A stretch of DNA of 57,431 bases, the filler included, from Ionaspis alba (Eukaryota): NCBI GenBank assembly GCA_964255285.1. It is 6 parts of 6 records of this genome, joined end to end, with 100 filler letters (N's around TTAATTAATTAA, not from the genome) between each part and the next. Parts side by side here need not be neighbours in the genome. Positions count along the whole stretch, not along the records: positions 47,959 to 57,431 come from CAXUUL010000672.1; 5 more parts are not named here. One strand, written 5' to 3'. The notes below the pieces were generated by a model. That model did no database searches. It was not told where the DNA came from and was given only the letters and a program-made list of their open reading frames with translations. Numbering within the stretch: the first letter of the stretch is position 1; each line of letters opens with the position of its first letter. The translations under genes were made by a program, and so were the position numbers. This document shows positions 47,859-57,431 of the stretch, in pieces.

Positions 47859-47958
47859 NNNNNNNNNNNNNNNNNNNNNNNNNNNNNNNNNNNNNNNNNN
47901 NNTTAATTAATTAANNNNNNNNNNNNNNNNNNNNNNNNNNNNNNNNNNNNNNNNNNNN
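47859..47958. other. Artificial contig linker
   Basis: 44N-TTAATTAATTAA-44N. Confidence 0.97.
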
Positions 47959-48081
47959 AGATCTCAATCGACGACTTGTCTGTCTGATCATTTACGTATC
48001 CCAAAAGACAGGAGATCCTGCAGTATGGTCTTTTGGCTGCGTCCTACCTGATCGAGGCTTTGCTGATTTATCTTGTTATAG

Positions 48082-49608
48082 ATGGAGACCCTCACGCTAC
48101 CTATTTTGCCAGTGTGCGGTGAAGAGGCTGTGGCATATTCTGATCCTGCGTCTTCCGTGAGCGACAGCTGCGGCGCCTCCATCGATCTGCCCAACGAAGT
48201 GCTCATGAATATCTTTCACTTCCTCGAGAAGAAAGACCTCAAAGTGGTTCGCCTGGTCTGCCGATCTTGGAGCGCCTTGACCATCCGAGATCTCTACAAC
48301 AGAGCTTTCGTTTCGAGACGGCAGAACGATATGGAGGTGCTGACGGCCATTTCAAACCACCCAACCATACGGCTGGCTATTCGTGAGCTTGTATATGATC
48401 ACGTGTACTTCAACCCCTCGCTCTCAAGAGATCAATATAATGAGAAAGTTATGCATCAGACAAATCAGGCGCTCAAACATGCTGGCCTCCTGAATGAGAA
48501 GGTATTCTCTAACACTGATCGGACCGTCAACCAATTCTTGAGGGTTGCCCAAGATGTATCGAGGCGCAAAAATAAGTACATTCGCGACCTCTTCTCCCTG
48601 GCGGATCAGGAGAATCGAATGTTACATCGAGGTTTTGTGGCTTACCACATCGCCGCCTCCGAGGTGACGAGCAGTAGTTCCCTAGATGAAATGAGTGCTC
48701 GGCTTTGCACCGCCTTGCCACGAATGCCAAATGTGGGAGGTGTCATATGCGACACTCTTGGGTGGCTCCGACATACATCTGATCAGCTCGATGTGTGCAG
48801 CTTGCGTCCTCGAGTGCTTTCGGGTCCACCTACAGCCCGAGTTTGGCATCCGCTCTACCTACACCCTGATCCTGGGCACTCCAACGCGTCCTCTGAGTTT
48901 ACTGCTATAGTTCGGGCTCTTTCTCTCGCGCAGAGCAACGTTAAGCGGTTCGACTTCTCTAAAATTCGCCACCCCTTTGTCGAACAGGCTCCTTCCCATA
49001 ATTCAACAATCATGTTGAAACACACGACCAGCGCATTCCAGTCAGTCAGTCAACTTCGCTTACATATGGAGTGCCACAACCCTCACTTCTGGGGCACTAT
49101 GCTCCCAGAAGTTCTCAGAACGGTGCCGTCCTTAACATACCTCGACATCGCAGTTGCTAGCTTTGGTACTGAGGAAGACCCAATTCCACTCCGAAATCTC
49201 CTTGAGCCGTCTTGCCTGGTCATGCCCCGTCTGCTCACGCTGAAACTAGCAAAAGTCGCGTGTGTCCGGAGCGAACTTGTCTCTTTCCTCCACGCCCAAA
49301 AGAAGCTCAGGAATCTCACACTCGAGGGCATAGAACTTACCGAGGGCAAATGGGCGGATCTCTTGGACGACTTTAGGCAACGCCTCGACCTCGGACGGTT
49401 CGAGGTGCTATACCCGCTAAGAGAAATTGGAGGTGTGGACCTGTATACGCCAGATACCTGTAGAGGATATAGGCTTGAGATCAAGATCGAGCAGTATGTG
49501 GTAAACGGGGGAGAGAATCCTCTGGCAAATTTTGAAGAGCTTGGCTCTGAGGAAGATAGTGACGTTAGCGACCAATTGGACGAACCGGAAGTCAGCATGG
49601 ATTTATAA
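48082..49608 (+). CDS. F-box domain protein with an LRR-like C-terminal region, single exon
   Basis: F-box DLPNEVLMNIFHFLEKKDLKVVRLVCRSWS; LxxLxL repeats (LTYLDI, LLTLKL, LRNLTL). Confidence 0.85.
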   Translation: METLTLPILPVCGEEAVAYSDPASSVSDSCGASIDLPNEVLMNIFHFLEKKDLKVVRLVCRSWSALTIRDLYNRAFVSRRQNDMEVLTAISNHPTIRLAIRELVYDHVYFNPSLSRDQYNEKVMHQTNQALKHAGLLNEKVFSNTDRTVNQFLRVAQDVSRRKNKYIRDLFSLADQENRMLHRGFVAYHIAASEVTSSSSLDEMSARLCTALPRMPNVGGVICDTLGWLRHTSDQLDVCSLRPRVLSGPPTARVWHPLYLHPDPGHSNASSEFTAIVRALSLAQSNVKRFDFSKIRHPFVEQAPSHNSTIMLKHTTSAFQSVSQLRLHMECHNPHFWGTMLPEVLRTVPSLTYLDIAVASFGTEEDPIPLRNLLEPSCLVMPRLLTLKLAKVACVRSELVSFLHAQKKLRNLTLEGIELTEGKWADLLDDFRQRLDLGRFEVLYPLREIGGVDLYTPDTCRGYRLEIKIEQYVVNGGENPLANFEELGSEEDSDVSDQLDEPEVSMDL

Positions 49609-50187
49609 TAGACAAAGGCTGGCGATGCCAATTTCTACTACATACCGAGTTTTCAGGTTTGTTATCGGAGATCTTCAATTATCTTGAGCTTGTTTGATCA
49701 GAGAAATTTCGGGTGAAGATGGACATCTTCCGAGCATTCCCCAAGTAATCGTTGTGCCTTGTAAAACACATGGGCAAAGGGTTGATCAAATATCTGATGT
49801 CAAGGACGGCAGTCTATTTTACATTATGTAGCCCTCTTGTAGGCACTGTCTACTTAGTCTCTGCAGTGGCAACAACGTTGCTCGCAAGACTCATGTTACG
49901 GGCATCCCTCATCCCTGGCATAGTTATGTTGCAGCATGAGTGTAGTTTGTAATACGCTTTCCTGTGCAATCGTTCTAGCCACTACCTGGACAATCACGTC
50001 GCGTTTCCCCAGCATCACAATGAACGTTAGCCTGGAGCCGATGTCTGTTCACGACTAGCAACTTTTTTGCATCGAACCTACGTGATTGGTAGAACCCAAG
50101 CCACCGAAGCCATCATCTACCGTACAAGAACGTAGTCAACAAGCAAGCCCTGCAATATCCCAGTGACCCAGTGTACCTATGTCCTCT

Positions 50188-52969
50188 TCAAACCTCCTTG
50201 ATAAACCCCACCTCAACGAGTTGGTCAGTGGGGATCTTCATACTAGCGATCTTACTGCGTGTATTGTCCTTTAGCCACAAGAAAGCACTGAGCGCCACCC
50301 GTCTCCAGATCTTCATCTCAGCTCCAATCCGCATCTGCTCCTTGCCGACAATGTACAAGATCTGCTTCTCGTACGCAGCATGTAAGCGAGCTAGTCTTGC
50401 CGCTGCTATCGAAGCCGCGGATTCGATTGTTGCTTCCGTAGTTGCCCTTTCCGAAGACGACTCAGAGGATGTGGCCTCGACCGCGATGCCCTTCTCAGAA
50501 GGAGTAGTAGCGACGTTTTCTGGCTGGGGTTGTGGTTTGGCGACCGTTTCGCGAATGATGAAATTGCGGATTTGGTCACAAATGAGCATGCCGAGGTCTT
50601 CACTGATCACTTCATCCGTGTAGCCGTGGCGAATGACCAGGCGATAGCAGTTAGGGATGGTCATGCGGGTGACAGTGTAGCGGTCTTCGACTGGAACGGA
50701 TGGCGTGGCGAGAGGCCGCAGATGGAAGAATACACTTACTTCCGGTGTAGCGACGAATTTCGAGAGGAAGTGGATGAAGACTGTTGGAGTCATGTCACCG
50801 GCTTTGTCAAAGAATATACCGAAGCCTTGAAATCGTAATTAGTGAAGTTTTATAAGATGTTAGTGGTACAGTACCTTTGATGTTGGTGAGCTCGCCCCCG
50901 CCGAACGTGGGCGTGAGATAGAGCCTTCCATCATCTTGTTTCTTGACTAGATGCGAAGGGTTGAACCGGTCGGACGCTTCAGCTTTCCACTGTTGTTCTT
51001 TACCAAAACGCCAGAGGATGAAAACGCTGGAAAGGACACAAGCGAGCACAAGTGTGAACCAGGCACCTTCCGGCACCTTGGTGAGCACTGAAGACAAGTA
51101 TGCACCGTCGAGTGATGCGAAGACCAGGAAACCGAACAGTACGAGGAAGACATTGAGGCGCCAGATAATCAAGGCCACAAGTGAAACCATGCATGTGGTA
51201 ATGAAGGTCACCAGAATCACACAGACTCCGTAGGCATTCCCGAGCCGTGTCGTCTATATTGCAGGTTAGAAACAAGAAATATGAACCAAGTAAGTAGACC
51301 TGATACTCACATTATTGTAGACGGCTGTAACAATGATAGTTCCTACCATCAAGAGCCAGTTGGCAAAAGGTATGTATATCTGTCCGTGGAAAGTCTTCGA
51401 AGTATGCACCAGCTTGATCTGGGGAAAATAGGAGAGCTTCATTATTTGTGAGAGTAACTAAGCTCATCAGCTCCCGTTACTTCAATCGGCTGGATACGGC
51501 ATACCTGAAAAGTAGCTGTTATCATGGCTTGTGAAGCTACAATGGCCGCCAGGATAGCGATTACTAGGCTAGGGTACAACATTCCTGGTGGAACGCAGTT
51601 GAAGAACGGGTTTGCGTAAGCCGTTGGATCAACGCTGATAAAGGCGGCTTGCCCGATATATGCAAGTAGGAGACAAGGATAGGCAAAACACATCCAGCTC
51701 AATTGGATTGCTTTGGCGCTGAAGGCCTATGGTAATTTAGTGACTCTTCGGATTCCTATCTGCAGGGCAGCTTACTCCTAGATCCGAGAAGAGGGCTTCT
51801 ACACCCGTAAACGCTATTTTTCCACATCAGTATGCGTGTGACCCGCTGGTAGTGTATTACCCACCTAGGAGAATGCCTCCCAGTGATCGCCAACCATCTT
51901 GTCCATTACGGACCAAATATGTTCCAGCGAAATAAGGCGAGAAGGCTTTCAACACCGAATGGTCAAACCGCACAAGATTATAGATCCCAAAGACAGCATT
52001 GAGCAACAGCCAAATGATAACAATCGGAGCAAAAGCTGTGGCAATCTTGGCAGTACCAAGCGGCTGTACGAGAAACAAGAGAATGATGATAGCGCATGAA
52101 ACACCGACGATAGTGCTAGTTGTGATATCGGGCTTGACAACATTAAGACCTTGGATAGCACCAAGAACGGATTGAGCTGGGGTCAATACTCCATCTGACA
52201 TGACAAGACTAACTCCTGTCACACCAACCACTTTCAGTAGACCGCGAATGAAGGCACTACTCTCTATACCAGAGCGGACCGTTCGTCCAGATCTCTTTAG
52301 GTCAGAGGACAGGTACCTCTCCATCTTGATCATAGATTCTTCCTTGGGATCGCGCTTGACGATATTGGCCTTGGCTCTGTCAGTATCTTGCCAAGAACTT
52401 ATGCGACGGTGACGACGGACATATCTGGACAGTAAAGAGTACAACGCGAAGGTACCTCCCTCCCCTTCGTCGTCCGCTTGTAGGACGATGAACACATACT
52501 TGATGCTAACCATCAAGGTGATTGTCCATATAATGAGGGACAGTGCCCCAAGCAGATCATCGTATGAAGGATTATCAGAGAATGTAGACGAGTAGACGTA
52601 GAGGGGACTGGTGCCGATGTCACCGTAGATGACTCCGGTGGACTGATATGCAAGCCTAATGGCATAAGTACCTAGCTGAAGTGTAGGAAAATATGCAGGT
52701 TACCAAAATAGAACCCATCCTTTGAACACCTGCGACCGCAGTCAGCAAAGGAGAGCTTGATATTGTTCGAAAGCCCTAAGACTCGCCTGCTTCTTCTTGA
52801 TATCGCCCTCCTGCTTCAAGGTGTGAGGACCTTCGGCGTTCTCGATATCGGCATCTTTCACACTGCCCTTCTCCGAGACATTTCGAATGGAGTAAACACC
52901 TCCACTGTTGCCATTGCCAACTGATCGGACCGGCTGTATCACGTCTGAAGCAAATTGAATTGTGGACAT
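50188..52969 (-). CDS. HAK1: High-affinity K+ transporter (KUP/HAK/KT family), multi-exon
   Basis: GVIYGDIGTSPLYVYSS, ADDEGEGGTFALYSL, DGVLTPAQSVLGAIQG, FTGVEALFSDLG, YPCLLLAYIGQAA, VASQAMIT, GQIYIP, RHGYTD. Confidence 0.95.
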
Positions 52970-53943
52970 GCCAGGCTTGGGGATCGTGCAACACTTGGTG
53001 TACTTGGTGTCATACAGGAGAGGAATTTGAAGCGATCAGGATAGGGACAGACCTCTTATGAAGAAAACAAAGTCGTGGGATTATGCATAGTGGTGCAGCT
53101 TCGAACGTCACAGCTCGGAGAGTATTTAGATAGCAAAGTACGTTCGTCTATCTAGCAGTTGCCCCGTGCGTGAATTCGAGGGATCCCAGTGGTTGGAACG
53201 AAATAGGCACGTGGGACACAGTTCACACAAGCTATGGCCAAAGTTTCTCGGAAGGTAGGAACAAAATCGCGCATTGCTGTGTGGAGAGAAAACAAATCCC
53301 TCATCTTTACATGTGAAGCGAGCTTAAATCTTGTGTCTCCTACCTAGTTGAGGCTATAAGGAATGTGTGTCATCAACATTGCAACCCGTCTCGAGAAAAG
53401 TTGGCAGAGTCTAATCGTTTCTCTAGAATATGATTGCAAGCTCATCTTACCGCTGTAGTTAGTTTCCAAGCTGTTGATATCTTTGAAAACACGCACGAAA
53501 ACATGCACAAGTCTTGCCATGATTCTTCGTTAGCTAGTACAGTGTAGTAGCGCGACAAGCGACATCAGTCATAAGAAAACGCCCAGAACAGCACTGGTGC
53601 AACGTTAGTTTGACCGTTGAGCATCACCGTTGCATTTCTTATCGCAGATAAACATGGAGAGAAGCTGTACAGACCACAAAGCCCGGTCATCCTGACCCCG
53701 GCAAGGTTGCCCTAAAACGGTTAGGATAAAGCCAAGCGAGCTGAGCAAATGATCACCACCGCCAAGGACGATCATCCCGCACGTGATGGACCTCTTTGAC
53801 AAGGTATAATAAGAGCTACTTCGTTGCCCCTCAAAGCCTCTGCTTCCATACAACTACCAACAACAAACAAAGACCTCGACATCCCATACTACTTCAAATA
53901 CCAATTTTCGAACTCTTCAAACCACACCTCACCTCTGTCAACC

Positions 53944-54115
53944 ATGGGTTCGTCAAACTCTACATGAAGAGGCTATCGTGGTACTAACTCTCTTATCAAA
54001 GGTCCCGGATGTACCTGTAGCTGCGGCAGCTCTTGCGCTTGTCCCGACGGAAACTGCACATGCAAATGTGAGAAGCCTCGCATGGATCCAATGGCCTTGC
54101 TGACGGGTAATAGAG
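53944..54115 (+). CDS. Small fungal metallothionein (23 aa, 7 Cys), 3 exons
   Basis: Exon 1 ATGG (53944-53947); intron GTTCGT..TACTAAC..AAG; exon 2 54002-54067; intron GTGAGA..GCTGAC..TAG; exon 3 AG completes the TAG stop. Product MGPGCTCSCGSSCACPDGNCTCK*. TATA-like TATAATAA about 140 bp upstream. Confidence 0.85.
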
Positions 54116-54570
54116 AAGGAATATCGACATGATCGTAGGAGCAGAGGCTGGATGATACGGGAGGCATGGGTCATATTGAACAGTGAAACTGGCGTTGAGC
54201 ACAACTTTGCAAACATGTACAAGCTTTGCACACTCATTTGATGCTACATATCTGCTCTTGTCGCTAGAATCAATGCAATATCCTGAACGACTCACACTTG
54301 TCGTGATATATCTGAAGTATGACAATTCAACAGTCCTGAGCTCGAGTTGCCACCTTCCACCGCAGCAAAAGCAATAACCAGCCCCACCTCTGGTAAACTT
54401 GCTTTTAGTGTAACTTGCTCAATATGTACAGCGAATGGGTGATTGCCAAGCACTTCCCGACAATGAAGGATTCCAGATTGACAGCCAATAACAGCGACAC
54501 GGGACTCTGCTGGATGCAACGCTTCTTACAGGGCCAAAGATTTTCCCAATGTCCGAACGATCCAGATAGA

Positions 54571-55069
54571 TCAGGCACCTTGTCTTTGTTTGTGCTTCGG
54601 ATTCTTCGAGCAGATGATGTAGACGTAGCCCTTTCGTCGAACACTCTATATAAAGGCCAAAGAGTCAGTAAACTTCGTTGGGTGGCCATCAATAACAGCG
54701 CCTAGTCTCATAAACTGCTAAAAAGCGAAGAGCACCAAACGGCTCTCAAGGGGTATCTGTTTCCTTCTCCATTGACCTCTGCTCTTGGTATTCACGTACC
54801 TTGCATCCATCACACAGCTTCTTCACACTACTCCGCACCTTCATTCCCCTCGCCTGTTCCTTAACCTGTATACTTGTGCTTAGCGTCGTCGGCCTCTTTC
54901 TCAAACTCGTCATTGCATATCGAATCCCTTGCCATACAAGCGCCGTTCGCCATATTGATGTAGAGTATTGACGTAGAATAGAAGCATCGCCCGTCCGCCG
55001 TAACGACCACAGTGACCGAGAGAGAACAGGTGAGGAGAGGCGTTTCAGTGCCGTCGTCATGGCGGTCAT
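54571..55069 (-). CDS. RTC6: Mitochondrial ribosomal protein bL36m, 2 exons
   Basis: Basic presequence then RGMKVRSSVKKLCDGCK, intron, SVRRKGYVYIICSKNPKHKQRQGA*. Confidence 0.92.
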
Positions 55070-55481
55070 CTGGCAAGACGCTTCAGGGTGGGACGGCGGA
55101 TAAGTGAAAGGGAAGCGCTGGAGTGGTAGATTGGTTCAAACACTCGACAGTCGTCAGATCGGCTGACGTGACACGGCCGCTTGAATTGGCAGAAGGGTAT
55201 CTGAAGGTGATCTAGGAGTGCTGTACTGGTCAAACTAGATATGGGATATGGAAAAGTGCCTAGCTTGAGCAGTGCTTGGCGTTACCAAAAGTCACGTCCG
55301 CCAAGCATTTCCCCAGGCAGAACAACTCCAGACCTTGACATTGATGCTCGTACCAATGGCATGAGCATTCCCAAAGAACTTCGTAATAAGCATCAGGATC
55401 ATAGGCATAAACATCATTCCGCCACCTATTTTCTCTAAGAACACCAAAACCACCAAGCCCAATCCTCCGCTCCCAAAACCC

Positions 55482-57404
55482 CTATCCCATACTCCCCCCA
55501 CTATTCCCGTGTCCCCCAACCAATCCAGCCATCTCCAGTAACGCATAATCCGCCTCCCTATCCCTCCCCAGCTTAACGCCCTTCCTAGCCTCCGCCTCCC
55601 TAGCCTCGAATTCCCACGCCGCTCTCTGTCTCTGAGCTTCCTCATCCCCACCACATCCCCAAACCTCCAAGCTCTCAATCTCGAATCGATCCTGCCAGTT
55701 CGAGTTCCTCGACTGACTAGGATAGAAAGAGCCACCTCCGGCACTATCGTGCGTAAAGACGCCATGCTCGAGGGAGTCGTCGAGAAGAAGGGAGACTGCG
55801 CCGAGTGTTGTGTGGGATGAGGAAGTGGTGGATTTGGTGAGACGGGCTGGCGGATTGCCGAAGTTGATGCCGTGCTTATTGAAGATTGCATATTCTCGGT
55901 TGACAGTGCTGGCACAGAAGACTTCGTGAATGGGCTCGAGCTGGAAGAGGAGGGTGTCGGCGTCACCGATCGCTTCTTTGTGGGTTTGGCGCCAGGGCAC
56001 GTTGAGGTAGGCACCGAAAACTACGCGGCCGGTTTTGCTATTGCCGGGAGAGCTGTCGGGGAAACGCTTGGGAGGCAACTTGTCGGCGAAGGCGCGCTCG
56101 CTGCCGCCTGAGGGGACGGCGGGCAGTCGAGTTCCCGATACCAGGAGGATGGACGGGGCGCGCCAGTTCAGGACTTTTTGCTCGATGGAGCCGATACTGA
56201 AGCCGGCATCTACACCGGAGTAGAGGAGGCGTATGCGGTGGAAGAGATTGCTGCCTTTGAGGAAGAAGGAGAGTTGACTGAGGACATTGAGGTCGAGGAT
56301 TTCGCCTGTCTGGGGAAGGAGGGGTTTGAGGGGAGTTGCCGGGACTTGAGGAAACGGAGTTACGGGAGAAGCATCGGTGGAAGAAGCGGCTCGCTTTCGA
56401 CGTGAGAGGTCGATATCCTTACTGAACAGGAAATGCTCGAATAGGGGGTTGAGGCCATCGAAGAGATAGGGTAGAGAGGCCGGGATTATGGTGTTGAATA
56501 TAGAGTAGGAAATGCCAGCATGTTCCTCAGGCATGAAAGACCATAGTATGCTATCCGCAACACGTCGTAGTCCTTCCAACCTAGATTGAGGGAGGCGCTC
56601 GGAAAACTGCGAAAGACTCTCAAGTGGATCGAGAGGTGCAACGACCAGAAGTAGCATCAGCAACCTTCGAAAGTTGTCGATAGGTATTTTGGCATGATGG
56701 ATCTTCGTATCTGCTCTCTGATCGTCCTTGAAGATCTCAATGGCATCTAACGAGTCTAGAGCAGCAAGGGCGAGTTCATCATCATCTTCATCCTCGTCGT
56801 CGTTGCCGGGTTCGTCGACGGAGAAGCCAGAGACATGGCTGCGTACATCTTCGACGGCTCTCTCCGAGCCACCAGGCTCCTCAGTCTTCTCAGACTCTGA
56901 AGCTTCGACCGGGGAATGGTCAGGAACAGAGCTGGCCCTCCTGTCAAAGATCGCCAGACTCCGAAAGAGAAGTCGATTTCTATCAGATTTCCCTCTCTTG
57001 AGAACCTTCCCATACCTCTCCGTCATTATGACCACGGTTTTCAGCATAGCCTCGATCGTTAGAATACTCGGCGCCAGACTCGGGAACGGAAAAGCTCCGA
57101 GATAGGTAGCCATTTGATATATGACTGGCCCAGCATCAAGGGCCACGGGGAGAATGAGGTAGTGGCCCAGAGTATCCTCTTTCCAGTAATGGATGCCATC
57201 TTCTTCGTCTGCTAAGGAAGAGAAAACGGACTTGAAATGTGTGATCTCGAGCGGGGTAAAGCACTTCTTTGCAAAGCGAAGGGTCAGCTCATGGCTGAGC
57301 TGTTCTTGAGGTTGTCAGCAAGGCGTTTCCTGCGGTGTCATCTTGGAAAAACAACCTGTTGACATCTTGCGAGCACTCTGCTCGGCGGAATGACCTTGGC
57401 CCAT
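55482..57404 (-). CDS. RTC5: TLDc-domain protein Rtc5, 2 exons
   Basis: MGQGHS start (myristoylation-type); FAKKCFTPLEITHFKSVF; TLDc region LLYSGVDAGFS...APSILLVSG...LFQLEPIHEVF...IESLEVWGCGG; WEFEAREAEARK; ALLEMAGLVG. Confidence 0.92.
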
Positions 57405-57431
57405 CTTCAATAGCAATCATGTGCCCACTCC

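Noticed and set aside
53447..53456. Possible Ace1-type copper-response element (TTACCGCTGT) upstream of the metallothionein
   Set aside because: The consensus is too degenerate, so one match is expected by chance.

Overview
Intron-containing genomic DNA of a filamentous ascomycete (Pezizomycotina-type genes and splice signals). The window is NOT one locus: it is six unrelated contigs of descending length (9531, 9488, 9483, 9478, 9478, 9473 bp) joined by artificial 44N-TTAATTAATTAA-44N linkers, so adjacency across linkers means nothing. Recognisable genes: tRNA-Ser(CGA), SAH1, an aldo-keto reductase, an Iec1-like zinc finger, a DMT transporter, an AAA ATPase, a Slk19/TACC-type coiled coil, Mis13/Dsn1, PSD2, epsilon-COP, an SDR, the 5' half of niaD, UPF2, noxA, the U5 40K WD40 protein, a CAX exchanger, an F-box protein, HAK1, mitochondrial bL36 and RTC5. 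Most interesting items, mostly missed or fragmented by the ORF track: (1) a pseudogene of the inner-kinetochore protein CENP-L/Fta1 with six frame changes and a nonsense codon, head-to-head with UPF2; (2) a tandem pair of secreted pre-pro-peptide genes with YAR plus X-Ala/X-Pro dipeptide pro-regions and different Cys-rich cores, one broken by a single stop; (3) a 23-aa three-exon metallothionein whose stop codon is made by splicing; (4) a CAX exchanger lacking both canonical acidic transport motifs; (5) a NIT4/NirA plus GATA module upstream of niaD with no divergent niiA. Family assignments come from recalled motifs, not from database searches.
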